A program made the translations under genes and the position numbers. DNA of 52,697 bases from an uncultured Gemmatimonadota bacterium (GTDB lineage: Bacteria; GCA-2686955). Of this stretch, positions 18,015 to 30,356 are shown in pieces (the first letter of the stretch is position 1; every line of letters begins with the position of its first letter). The notes below the pieces were generated by a model. The model was not told where the DNA came from. It saw only the letters and a program-made list of their open reading frames with translations, and ran no database searches. The stretch covers positions 62,001 to 114,697 of the forward strand of contig CAZBBK010000009.1 in assembly GCA_964490075.1 (NCBI GenBank), given 5' to 3'.

Positions 18015-19946
18015 ATGGGCCGATTCCCACAGCGCGCTCTGGTGCTCCTTGCCACCCTGGCGCTCCCACCCGCCGCCAGCGCGACCCGCGACAGCTGGAA
18101 GCTCTACGACGACAGCCAGGTCGCCCGCATCGCGATCGACATCGAGCCCGCGGCGCTGGAGTGGATGCTCGAACATCCCGAGAGCGACTCGATGCATGTC
18201 GCGACAGTTCACTTCGAGAATCGGTGGATCGACGAGACCGTGGGCGAGGTCGGGATGCGCATTCGAGGCAACACCTCGCGCTGGGCCGAAAAGAAGTCCT
18301 TCAAGCTCTCGTTCAACAGCTTCGTTCCCGGGCGTCAGTTTTACGCTGTCGACAAGCTCAACCTCAACGGCGAGCACAACGACCCGTCGATCGTGCGCAG
18401 CAAGCTGGGCTGGGATCGATTCCAGGAGATCGGCTTCATCGCGCCGCGTGCCGCCCATGCGGCTCTGACCATCAACGGCGTCTACCATGGGCTTTACATC
18501 TCGGTCGAGCACGTCGACGACGAGTTCCTGCAGACCCATTTCGAGGACGATGACGGGAACCTGTGGAAATGTCTCTGGCCCGCCGACCTGGTCTATCTTG
18601 GCCCGGATCCGGATGCCTACAAGCTCGAAGTCTATGGGCAGCGCCCCTACGAGCTGAAGACCCACACCGATGAAGATGACTACACCGAGCTCGCCCGTCT
18701 GATCGACACCATCAATAACACAGCGATCGAAGAGCTGCCGGCGCGGCTCGAATCAGACTTCGCCCTGGCGCGCTTCCTGCAGTATCAAGCCGTCAATCTG
18801 CTGATCGGGAGCTGGGACGACTACTGGTTTCTGCGCAACAACTACTATCTCTACCACGAGCCCGGCCGGGATCATTTCCACTGGATTCCCTACGACTACG
18901 ACAACTCGTTCGGCATCGACTTCTTCGATGTCGATTGGACCTCGATCGATCCCTACGAGTACGCCAACTACGAGGAGATCATCGGCGATCCGCGCGGAGC
19001 ACGGCCGCTGGCGGATCGGCTGATGGAAGTCCCCGACTACCGCGATCTCTATACACATTTTCTGGAGTTCTACCGGGACCGGGTCTTCGACCTGGCGCTG
19101 CTCGGACCCGGCATCGATGCCCTCAAGGAGATGATCACGCCCTTCGCCGAGGCCGACACCTTTCGCACCCTCGACTACGGTTTCACGATCGCCGACTTCC
19201 ACGCCTCGTACGCACTGTCGGGGTTTTCGAAGTACCCGGCGAGCTGGGGGCTCAAGGAGTTCCTGGATCTGCGACTGCAGTCTCTGGGGGAGCAGCTGGA
19301 ATGGTCGGAGGGTGGGCCGCTGGTCTATCGACTCGGCCACGCGCCGGTTGCGCCCACGGAGTACGATTCGATCGGCGTGGAGGCGGCGGCGTTCTCGTGG
19401 GACGGGCTGGCGCAGGTGGCGATTCGCTGGTTTGCCGGAGACAGCGCCGGGGCGACGACGATTCCGATGGTCCACACGCCCGACCCGGAGTCGAGACGTG
19501 TCGAGGACGACGACCGTTGGCTGGGAACGATTCCGCCCTTGGGCGCGGGTGGATTCGGCTCTTACGAGATCCTGGTGCGAGCCGCCGACGGCGACACGGC
19601 GCTCTTTCCGCGCGGCGCACGGGTTCCGATTCGCGTCGGGGGGATCGGCATCCGGCGACCGCTCGGGCCCGATCCGGCGCCGCGCGCGCCGCGCTTGAGA
19701 GTGTCACCGAGCCCATTCAATCCGCGCACCACGATCGAGGTCGAGCTGGGCCGAGCCGGGCGCCTGGAGCTCGCCGCGTACGACATCGCCGGCCGGAGAG
19801 TATGGCACTGGCCCCCTCGCGCTCTGCCCGCCGGGCGCCATTGCGTGGTCTGGAGCGCCAGCGACGAGCTCGTCTCGGGGGTCTACCTGGTCAGGGCGCG
19901 CACGGCCGAGGGCCGCCGCTCGCGGCGGGTGGTGCTGCTCAAGTAG
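18015..19946 (+). CDS. Secreted CotH-family kinase-fold protein with C-terminal FlgD-Ig/T9SS-CTD-like domain
   Basis: Signal peptide; GMRIRGNTSR..KKSFKL, KLNLNGEHNDPS, GLYISVEHVD, NNYYLY, WIPYDYDNSFG; tail PSPFNPRTTI...YDIAGRRV...SGVYLVR...VVLLK. Confidence 0.88.
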   Translation: MGRFPQRALVLLATLALPPAASATRDSWKLYDDSQVARIAIDIEPAALEWMLEHPESDSMHVATVHFENRWIDETVGEVGMRIRGNTSRWAEKKSFKLSFNSFVPGRQFYAVDKLNLNGEHNDPSIVRSKLGWDRFQEIGFIAPRAAHAALTINGVYHGLYISVEHVDDEFLQTHFEDDDGNLWKCLWPADLVYLGPDPDAYKLEVYGQRPYELKTHTDEDDYTELARLIDTINNTAIEELPARLESDFALARFLQYQAVNLLIGSWDDYWFLRNNYYLYHEPGRDHFHWIPYDYDNSFGIDFFDVDWTSIDPYEYANYEEIIGDPRGARPLADRLMEVPDYRDLYTHFLEFYRDRVFDLALLGPGIDALKEMITPFAEADTFRTLDYGFTIADFHASYALSGFSKYPASWGLKEFLDLRLQSLGEQLEWSEGGPLVYRLGHAPVAPTEYDSIGVEAAAFSWDGLAQVAIRWFAGDSAGATTIPMVHTPDPESRRVEDDDRWLGTIPPLGAGGFGSYEILVRAADGDTALFPRGARVPIRVGGIGIRRPLGPDPAPRAPRLRVSPSPFNPRTTIEVELGRAGRLELAAYDIAGRRVWHWPPRALPAGRHCVVWSASDELVSGVYLVRARTAEGRRSRRVVLLK

Positions 19947-20042
19947 CCGGGATCTCGGAACGTCGATTCCGCTGGTGGGCGAGGCGTCCAGGTGCGATCC
20001 TGATCCGCCTCGCGCCCGTGCCGCCCATTCCCGCGACTCCCG

Positions 20043-21674
20043 ATGCCGTCCAACAACACCCTTCCAGCGCCCCTATCGATGCTCCAGGACCGGCTCGCCG
20101 GAGCTCGAAACGAAGCGCTCAGGCGAGATCGCGCGGCGACGCTCTTCGAGACCCTGCTGCGTTTCGCCACCCTCTCGGCCACCGCGCGCTATCTGCAGCT
20201 CGCGACCCGCATCCAGGGCCAAGGCGGAATCGCCGCGAACGAGGCGCGGGTGGCCGACATCAACGAGCTGCTCGGGCGCGGCACGGTCGGAGCGTGGCTC
20301 GATCTGATGCATGGCTCGCTGGAGTACCTCCGGGCAAACAAAGACGATCTGCTGATCCCGGGACTGCACGGCTTCTACTTCGGATCGCGCAAGAGCGACC
20401 GCGACGCGGTGGCCCGGGCGCATGTCGCGCTCGCCCAGGCAGCCGGGGACTCCGCCGGCGCGGTCCACACCCTGGAACGGATGGCCCGCCGCTTCGCCGA
20501 GATCCGCGATGGCGGGCAGGGGCGCCCGGCGTTCTCGGCCGGCACCGAGTCGAGCGCCGGCGGCGGTCCCCTCGCCGAAGCCGTCGAGCAGCTCTGCGAC
20601 GAGTTCGCCGCCCTGGCTCCTTGCGTGCCTTCGCTCATGGTCGGCCACGAGGAGCATCCGCGGCGTGCCTGGCTGCGGCTGCTGCCGCGCTCGGGGGAGC
20701 CATCCGAAGAGCTCATCGAGGTGCGGGTCGGCGAGAAGGACGACCTGGCGCCCCCCGGCCACCTGATCCTGAGCTGGCAGTGGGACCCCGATCCGGTTCT
20801 TCTGGACCTGCACCCCTTCGCCCTGGTCAAGGACTCCCACATCCTCTTCCTGACGGCGCGCAACGACGCCGGCTCCCGCTACAGCAGTCCCGTCTTGGGG
20901 ATCGCCGACGGCGACGCGCCCCTGAGCGGCGAGATCGACCTCTTGGGGCGCTATCGAATCGCGGAGCGCCTGGGGCCGCGCAGCGCCCGGGCGACCGACC
21001 TGGAGACCGGCGCCGAGCTGGAGCTCTCGCTCGAGGGGCACGGAGGGCACTCCAGGGAGGAACGCTCGGAGATCATCGACGCGCTGCGCTCCCGCATGGG
21101 TGCCCTCGCGGCCATCGAGGGACTGCGCTGCAGCAGGGAGATCCTGGAGGTGGGGCGCTGGGTGGTGGCGTTGCGACCGTGGGCGCAAGGTCAGCCGCTG
21201 CTCGACTGGGCGCGCTCGGGGCGGCGCCCGGCGGCTCGAGTGGCGGAGGTCATGCGAGCGACCGCTCGCACGGTCGCGGAGATGCACGGTGCCGGCCACC
21301 AGCACGGCCGGCTAAGGGCCAAGCAAGTGGTGATCGACGAACGCGACGCGCCGGTGGTGCTGGTGAGCGGGCTCCCGCCACGACCAGACCTGCAGTCGGA
21401 CGCCCGCTCGCTGCTGCGGATTCTCGATGAGCTTGTTCCGGCCGACGCGAACGGACGCTTCGGCCGCCTGCGGGCGCTGGCCGGACCTGGCGCTTCGGCC
21501 GGAGGCGAGCAGAGCGACGGCTCCGCCCCGCTCTCGCTGGATCGACTGATCGCCAAGTTGGACACTCTGCTCGAGGGCTGGCGGAAAGAGGACGCCGCCG
21601 CCAAGGCGCCCGTCGCCGAGCGCCCGCCGCGCTGGTGGCGGCGGGCCTGGTCGCGGCTGCGGCGCCGCAAGTAG
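20043..21674 (+). CDS. Hypothetical protein with a degenerate Ser/Thr kinase-like C-terminal region
   Basis: Long GC3-rich ORF; LLGRYRIAERLG...ATDLETG, PWAQGQPL, EMHGAGHQHGRLRAKQVVID resemble kinase subdomains without the catalytic residues. Confidence 0.6.
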   Translation: MPSNNTLPAPLSMLQDRLAGARNEALRRDRAATLFETLLRFATLSATARYLQLATRIQGQGGIAANEARVADINELLGRGTVGAWLDLMHGSLEYLRANKDDLLIPGLHGFYFGSRKSDRDAVARAHVALAQAAGDSAGAVHTLERMARRFAEIRDGGQGRPAFSAGTESSAGGGPLAEAVEQLCDEFAALAPCVPSLMVGHEEHPRRAWLRLLPRSGEPSEELIEVRVGEKDDLAPPGHLILSWQWDPDPVLLDLHPFALVKDSHILFLTARNDAGSRYSSPVLGIADGDAPLSGEIDLLGRYRIAERLGPRSARATDLETGAELELSLEGHGGHSREERSEIIDALRSRMGALAAIEGLRCSREILEVGRWVVALRPWAQGQPLLDWARSGRRPAARVAEVMRATARTVAEMHGAGHQHGRLRAKQVVIDERDAPVVLVSGLPPRPDLQSDARSLLRILDELVPADANGRFGRLRALAGPGASAGGEQSDGSAPLSLDRLIAKLDTLLEGWRKEDAAAKAPVAERPPRWWRRAWSRLRRRK

Positions 21675-21680
21675 TCGAAT

Positions 21681-23120
21681 TCAGCGCTCGACCTTGCGGG
21701 CCCGATCCAGCTCCGCGCGACGATCCAACCCGGCGTAGGCGAGCCCGCCCGGCTGCCGCGCAACGTAGCGCCCCGCGCCGCGCTCCGCGCGCACTTCGCC
21801 CTCGGCCCAGATATGGCGGCCGGCGGCCAGGGTGTGGACCGTGACCCCACGCACCGTGGTGCCTTCGAAGACGTTGAAATCGTTCTGCTGGTACTGCGTC
21901 TTGGCCGAGATCGTCTTGCTCTTCTCGGGATCGAACACGATCAGGTCGGCGTCGGAGCCGACGCGGATCGCTCCCTTGCGCGGATACATGTTGAAGATGC
22001 GCGCCGCGTTGGTCGAGGTCGCCGCGACGAACTCGTTGACCGAGATGCGCCCGGTGTTGACTCCCAGCTCCCAGATCACGCTCATGCGGTCCTCGACGCC
22101 GCCGCAGCCGTTGGGGATCTTGGTGAAATCCTCCAGCCCCATGCGCTTCTGCTCGACCGTGAAGGTGCAATGATCGGTGCCGATGGTCTGCAGATTGCCG
22201 GCCTGCAGCGCGCGCCAGAGCGTTTCAGGGTGCCCCTTGGGCTTGAAGCAGGGGCTCATCACGTGGCTGGCGGCGAAATCCCAGTCCTTGTCGTAGTAGA
22301 CCGAATCGTCGACCGCGAGGAAGCCGGCCAGAGTCTCGCCGAACACGCGCTGGCCCGCGAGCCGGGCGCGGGTCACGGCCTCGGCGGCCTGGGCGGCGCC
22401 AATGTGGACGATGTAGAGAGGCACGCCGAGCACTCCCGCCAGCGAGATGGCCCGCGCGGTGGCCTCGCCTTCGACCTCGGCCGGGCGGGATTGCGGGTGC
22501 CCCTCGGGTCCGGTGATGCCCTGGCGCAGCATCTCCTGCTGCAGATGGAAGACCAGCTCACCGTGCTCGGCATGGACCGCCGCGACGGCACCGATCTCGC
22601 GGCAGCGCGAGAAGCCGGCCACCAGCTCCTCGTCCGAGACCATGATGGCGTTCTTGTAGGCCATGAAGAACTTGTAGCTGTTGATCCCGCGCTCGTTGGT
22701 CACGATCGCCATCTGCTCCGAGACGGTCTCGCTCCAGCCGGTGATCGCCATGTGGAAGCCGTAGTCGGTGGCGGAGATCGACGCGCGCTCCTGCCAGGTG
22801 TCGACCGCGTCGAGCAGCGAGCCACCTTTGTCGGGGATCACGAAGTCGATGATCATGGTGGTGCCGCCGCTCGCCCCGGCGACCGTGCCGGTGTAGAAAT
22901 CGTCCACCACGCGGGTCCCCATGAAAGGAAGCTGCATGTGGGTGTGGGGATCGATTCCCCCGGGCATGACCAGGCAGCCCTGGGCGTCGATCGCCTCGGT
23001 GCCGGCCGGCACTTCGAGGTCGAGGCCGATGGCCTGGATGGTCCCCTCATCGCAGTAGACATCCGCTCTGCTGCTCAGGTCGGCGGTGGTGACGATGCCG
23101 CCACGGATGATGGTGCCCAT
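21681..23120 (-). CDS. hydA: Dihydropyrimidinase (D-hydantoinase)
   Basis: MPGGIDPHTHMQLPFMG, GGTTMIIDF, GINSYKFFMAYK, VHAEHG, GTDHCTF, KIPNGCGGVEDRM, GSDADL. Confidence 0.95.
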   Translation of the reverse strand: MGTIIRGGIVTTADLSSRADVYCDEGTIQAIGLDLEVPAGTEAIDAQGCLVMPGGIDPHTHMQLPFMGTRVVDDFYTGTVAGASGGTTMIIDFVIPDKGGSLLDAVDTWQERASISATDYGFHMAITGWSETVSEQMAIVTNERGINSYKFFMAYKNAIMVSDEELVAGFSRCREIGAVAAVHAEHGELVFHLQQEMLRQGITGPEGHPQSRPAEVEGEATARAISLAGVLGVPLYIVHIGAAQAAEAVTRARLAGQRVFGETLAGFLAVDDSVYYDKDWDFAASHVMSPCFKPKGHPETLWRALQAGNLQTIGTDHCTFTVEQKRMGLEDFTKIPNGCGGVEDRMSVIWELGVNTGRISVNEFVAATSTNAARIFNMYPRKGAIRVGSDADLIVFDPEKSKTISAKTQYQQNDFNVFEGTTVRGVTVHTLAAGRHIWAEGEVRAERGAGRYVARQPGGLAYAGLDRRAELDRARKVER

Positions 23121-23232
23121 GTCGGTCTCCTTGTGTTCGGCGGATGTAGATGGAACTCCCGCCCCCTATGTTACTCTCTCCTCCCGACGATTGCCACGGC
23201 CTGGCTGGTCAGGTGTCACCAACAATCTTTCC

Positions 23233-24531
23233 TCAGGGTCGGCGCCCGATCACCAGGCCGTTCATCACCACCAGCTCGCGCAACCGCTCCACCCGCTCGA
23301 GCTCGAACCCGGCGTGCTCGACCGCGGCCGCGGTTCGGTCCAGCGACCAATTGGCACCGTCCAGGCAATGCAGTCCGAAGAGGGCGGCGCGCAGCCCGGA
23401 GTGTCGCGCCGGCCGATCCACGAAGAGGTCGGTGATGACGACGCGGCCACCCCGGTCGATGTCCGTGCTCAGGCGCTGCAGAATGTCGCCGATCATCGCC
23501 TCGGATTCACCGCGCAACACATTGGACAGGAGCGCCACATCGAATGGCCCGGGGAACTCACCGCCGCGGTAGTCATGGGGTCGGAAGCTCACCCGATCGC
23601 TCATCCCGGCGGCGGCGATCGCCTCGATCGCCAGCGCTTCGGTAGACGGAATGTCCAGCACCGTGGCCCGCAGTTCTGGATGCTCGCGACAGAGCGCGAT
23701 GGCGTAGAACCCGGCGGCCCCTCCGATGTCGATCAAGTGTCTGCAACGATCCAGCGCGAGCTGCTCCGTCAACACCGCGGCCTGTCCGCCGGCCGCCGTG
23801 TTTCCCATCGCTCGAATGAACCGACGCGAGTCGCGCTGCGTATCGGGCGCCTCTGGATCGAATCCCAAGTGTTGCTCGAGCTCGAAATAGCCCTGGATGT
23901 AGTCGGGCCGCGAGTTGTGGAGAATCATGTCGCCTTGATAGGCGGGCGCCTCCGACACCAGGGTTCGCGCTGCCAGGGGTGTATTGCGCCAGCGATCCTC
24001 GTCGAGCTCCACCAGTTCCATCGCGGCCAGCGCCGCGAGCAGACGCGCCAGGGGCCGCTCGCGCAGCGCGAGCCGCCGCGCCAGCTCGCCGGTCGATCGC
24101 GGCGCGCCAGCCAGGTGATCGAAGAGCGCGGCCCGCACGGCCGCCCGCAGCACTGCCGTCGCTCGATAGAGCTCGCTCCAGAGCTGGATCTCGGCGGCTT
24201 CCAGAGCAGCCTCCGGCAAGCAAACAGCGGGGGCGCAGGCGGAGGCGACCGATTGGGCGAGCACCTGCACCTCGATCCGCTCGTAGTGCTGCTCCGCCCC
24301 GGCCTGCACGGCGATCCGGTCGTGGTCGCGCGCCATGAAGTGCGCCAGGTCGGCGCTTGATCTCCAGTAGATGAGCACCGAAAGCGAATCCCCGTCGCCT
24401 TCCACCCTGCCGACATATTCACCCAGGTACCCGGGCAGCGTTCGACTCTCTCGGTTCCAGATCGCCTGGGCCTCCAGGAAACCCTGCATGTGCCCCGGCT
24501 TTACCCAGACGCGAATCAGCTTGACGATCAC
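23233..24531 (-). CDS. Fusion of an ABM-like (dimeric alpha-beta barrel) domain with a class I O-methyltransferase
   Basis: N-terminus MIVKLIRVWVKPG...LIYWRSSADLAHF; dimerisation HTH; LIDIGGAAG, ATVLDIP, HDYR, FDVALLSNVL. Confidence 0.8.
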   Translation of the reverse strand: MIVKLIRVWVKPGHMQGFLEAQAIWNRESRTLPGYLGEYVGRVEGDGDSLSVLIYWRSSADLAHFMARDHDRIAVQAGAEQHYERIEVQVLAQSVASACAPAVCLPEAALEAAEIQLWSELYRATAVLRAAVRAALFDHLAGAPRSTGELARRLALRERPLARLLAALAAMELVELDEDRWRNTPLAARTLVSEAPAYQGDMILHNSRPDYIQGYFELEQHLGFDPEAPDTQRDSRRFIRAMGNTAAGGQAAVLTEQLALDRCRHLIDIGGAAGFYAIALCREHPELRATVLDIPSTEALAIEAIAAAGMSDRVSFRPHDYRGGEFPGPFDVALLSNVLRGESEAMIGDILQRLSTDIDRGGRVVITDLFVDRPARHSGLRAALFGLHCLDGANWSLDRTAAAVEHAGFELERVERLRELVVMNGLVIGRRP

Positions 24532-25730
24532 GAGGGGATCCTCCCGGTCGGCCGCAACGAAAGACTATCGGCAAAGCGCCGAATCGCGTTTTCGATCGCG
24601 CACAGCGAGTCTGAGTCCGATCGGCCTTCCTCCCGGTGCACCGACACCAGCTCGAGTATTCCCTGTTTCTTGCGCGCCTTCAGATCGACACGTGCCACCA
24701 GGTGCTCGCCGGCCAGCACCGGCATCGAGTAGTAGCCGAATCGGCGCCGGGACCGGGGTTTGAAGATCTCCAGCACGTAGTCGAACGAAAAGAGTCGCTT
24801 GACCCGCGCACGGTCCCAGAGCAGTGGATCGAAGGGCGAGAGCAGCACCCCGCGGTCGCGCCGCGGGCGGACCCGCTTCAAACGATCGGCCAGTTCGAGA
24901 TCGGCGGGCCGAATCCAACCCGGCCGAGCGCGCGCTCCATCGATCCGCAGCTCGCAGGGCAGCACCAGACCTTCGTCGCGGAGATCGCGCAGAGCCTGGC
25001 GCAGCCCCGCGGAGCTCGCGCGCAGCCGCCAGGTCGCGGCAATGCTGCGCTCTGCAGCCCAGCCGTGCCCATCCAGCGCCTTCAGGACCAGCGCCCGCAA
25101 CGAACGCTGCTCGTCCCAGGGTCGGTCCAGGAGCGCCGCGGGGATCACCCGCTCGGGCAGGTCGAAGACGCGCTGAAAGCCACTTCGCTCGCGGATGGCC
25201 AGCTTGCCGGACGACCAGAGCGCCGTCGCCACCTTCTTGCTCAGCTTGAGCTCCCACCATCCCCGTCCCCCCTGGCCATCGAGATCGACAGAGCGCAACG
25301 GCCCCTGGTCACGGATTCGGTGCAGAATCCCTCGGGCCACTTCGGGATGATCGCCGACCAGATCGCCCCACCACGGATGGGAGCGAAACTCCCGGCGCCG
25401 GAACTCGAAGGCGGGGTAAAGCTCCAGCGGCAGCCAGGAGGCTTCGTGGCCCCAGTACTCGAAGAGGGGCGCTGCGGGCCGCAGCAAGGTCTCCGGAAGC
25501 CGGGGGTCGAGCCGCTCGAGGCGCGCCAGCAGCACCAGCGTGTGGCTGCGCGCCCCCGCCACCGACACGGTATCGAGCTGCAGATAGCCGAAGCGATCGA
25601 TCACGGCCAGACAGGCCTTCTCGGCCCCGCCCCGCGTAGTCCGCGCCGGCAGTCCAGTCCAGCGAGCATTGAGCAAGCCGGCCCGCGCCAGAGCGAGCCG
25701 GCGAGCCGAGCGAATGTCCAGTGCCTGCAT
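24528..25730 (-). CDS. YcaQ/AlkZ-family (HTH_42) crosslink-repair DNA glycosylase
   Basis: LQLDTVSV..RSH (QxD), LFEYWGHEAS, RVFDLPERV, LLSPFDPLLWDRAR, FGYYSMPVL...VARVD. Confidence 0.9.
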   Translation of the reverse strand: MQALDIRSARRLALARAGLLNARWTGLPARTTRGGAEKACLAVIDRFGYLQLDTVSVAGARSHTLVLLARLERLDPRLPETLLRPAAPLFEYWGHEASWLPLELYPAFEFRRREFRSHPWWGDLVGDHPEVARGILHRIRDQGPLRSVDLDGQGGRGWWELKLSKKVATALWSSGKLAIRERSGFQRVFDLPERVIPAALLDRPWDEQRSLRALVLKALDGHGWAAERSIAATWRLRASSAGLRQALRDLRDEGLVLPCELRIDGARARPGWIRPADLELADRLKRVRPRRDRGVLLSPFDPLLWDRARVKRLFSFDYVLEIFKPRSRRRFGYYSMPVLAGEHLVARVDLKARKKQGILELVSVHREEGRSDSDSLCAIENAIRRFADSLSLRPTGRIPS

Positions 25731-25742
25731 GACAAGAGACTA

Positions 25743-26111
25743 CTACGCTTCGTCCTCGTCCCTCCGCCGCCGCGCCTTGGTTTCCGAGCGCCGGCGCTTC
25801 TCCTCCAAGCGGCGGCGCTTGGCGCGCTCCGGAACCCGGGTCGGCTTGCGCCGCTTGGGGCGCCGATTGCGGGCCTCCAACAGCGCGATCAGACGCTCGA
25901 AGGCGATCTCCAGGTTGCGGCTCTGCGAGCGCCGCTCGGTGGCCAGCACCGTCGTTCCCGATGGGGGATGGCGCAGCCGCACGCCGGTCTCTCGCTTGTT
26001 GCGATGCTGCCCGCCCGGACCGCTGGCCTTCAGGAACTCCACCTCGCACTCGCGCTCCAGCGCCGATCGCTCGGTCGAGTACGGCGGCCCCTGGCGCTCC
26101 TCTTCGTCCAC
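25743..26111 (-). CDS. arfB: ArfB/YaeJ-like peptidyl-tRNA hydrolase (ribosome rescue factor)
   Basis: ASGPGGQHRNK GGQ loop, RSQSRN, and basic tail PKRRKPTRVP...RRLEEKRRRSETK. Confidence 0.8.
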   Translation of the reverse strand: MDEEERQGPPYSTERSALERECEVEFLKASGPGGQHRNKRETGVRLRHPPSGTTVLATERRSQSRNLEIAFERLIALLEARNRRPKRRKPTRVPERAKRRRLEEKRRRSETKARRRRDEDEA

Positions 26112-26121
26112 GAGGCCCTTC

Positions 26122-28953
<2,832 letters not shown>

Positions 28954-29007
28954 GGGGACAGCTCGGGGGGCCAAGGTGGGAGTGAAGGAGGAGTCGGAGC
29001 GGTCTCG

Positions 29008-29023
29008 CGCAAGGAACATGCCC
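29008..29023 (-). promoter_or_regulatory. Candidate sigma54 promoter upstream of lon
   Basis: Minus strand GGGCATGTTCCTTGCG: GG-N10-GC with TTGC, 55 nt upstream of ATG 28953. Confidence 0.45.
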
Positions 29024-29300
29024 GCGACACCAGCAGGATCGCACGCCGGGCATGAGGTCCGCAAGCGACTGACGTGTAATCGATTGCACCATGTCGAAGA
29101 GCGTCGAGCGCGAGCGAGGCGCGGGGGGCCAGCGCCCGGACTGACAGAGAGGAGAAGCCTGGCTGCCAATTTGACATGGCGGCAAGCCGGGCTCAGACCG
29201 GGGCGCCCGGAGAGCCGTGAAATCCGTTGGGAATCGTCTCCGCGCGCAGTAGCATCCGCAACCGGTGCGAGATGCTGCGAGGGGGACCCGAGGACGATCG

Positions 29301-30347
29301 ATGCCGACGCTGAGTCGTAACAGAGCCAACTGGACTCCCGGACTGCTCGCCCTCTCGCTCTTGCTGAACGTCTACTTCATCGTCACCGGCCTGCGCGGTC
29401 CGTCGCCCTCGCCCGAGGCCCCTGTCGCCAGTGCGGCGAGTCGTTCCGAAATGGAACCTCCACCTTCCGCGCCGGAGCAGAGCAAAGTGCCCCCCCAGGC
29501 CACCAACACCGGCCAGGGGCAGCGACCGCGCTCTTTCTCCGGACCGCTCCGAGGATCGATCGCCGCCACTCTGGCCGCGCGCCTCGACGCCGCCGAAGCC
29601 GATCTGCTCGCGGCCCACCTGGCGCGCTCGCTCGGGTGGCAGATCGATCTGCGCAGCGACCCCCGCCCCGACGATCGCTTCACGGTGATCTACGAGTTCG
29701 GGGCCGACGTCGAGCGCGACCGAGATCTCGGGCCGGGCGATCCGATCGAGATCCTGGCCTACGAGTACCGGAGCCAACGGCACGCATCGACCTATCGAGG
29801 CTTTCGCTTCAAGCCCACGGGAAGCCGGTGGCCCGGAATATGGAACGACGAAGGGATCGAGGTGAGCCGACGGCTGGAGAGCTCGCCCATCGACGACTAC
29901 GAGGCGATCACCGCGCGCCTCAACGACGGCCGCCAGCACGACGGCATCGACTTCAAGGTCCCGGTCGGCACGCCGGTGCGCGCGCCGCAGCGGGCCAAGG
30001 TGCTGCGCAAGAACTGGAATGTGCGCGCCAACGGCTACTGCGTCGATCTGCTCTACGAAGCCTCCGGGTTGCACGGCATCTTCCTTCATCTCTCCGAGAT
30101 CCACGACGACGTGGTGGTCCTGGGCAGGCGGATCGAGCCGGGAACGGTTTTCGCGCTGTCGGGAAATACCGGAAGGACGACCAACCCGCATCTGCACTAT
30201 GCGCTGCGCAAGGGAAAGACCAACTACCTGGACCCCTTCCATCGCATGGCGACCCTGCGTCGCCGGATCGAGTCGCAAGACCGTTCCGAGTTCGAAGCCC
30301 AGAGGGACGCGCTGGCCGAGCTCCTGGTCGAGCGCTCGGCCGGGTGA
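29301..30347 (+). CDS. Membrane-anchored M23 family peptidoglycan endopeptidase
   Basis: N-terminal TM; HDGIDF (HxxxD), GTPVRAP, SGNTGRTTNPHLHY (HxH). Confidence 0.88.
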   Translation: MPTLSRNRANWTPGLLALSLLLNVYFIVTGLRGPSPSPEAPVASAASRSEMEPPPSAPEQSKVPPQATNTGQGQRPRSFSGPLRGSIAATLAARLDAAEADLLAAHLARSLGWQIDLRSDPRPDDRFTVIYEFGADVERDRDLGPGDPIEILAYEYRSQRHASTYRGFRFKPTGSRWPGIWNDEGIEVSRRLESSPIDDYEAITARLNDGRQHDGIDFKVPVGTPVRAPQRAKVLRKNWNVRANGYCVDLLYEASGLHGIFLHLSEIHDDVVVLGRRIEPGTVFALSGNTGRTTNPHLHYALRKGKTNYLDPFHRMATLRRRIESQDRSEFEAQRDALAELLVERSAG

Positions 30348-30356
30348 GCGCGGCCC

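Noticed and set aside
18935-21430. 831-aa plus-strand ORF overlapping the CotH and pseudokinase genes
   Set aside because: Arg/Gly/Ala-rich alternative frame typical of high-GC off-frame translation.
29171-29199. Perfect TTGACA upstream of the M23 gene
   Set aside because: No convincing -10 hexamer at 16-18 nt.
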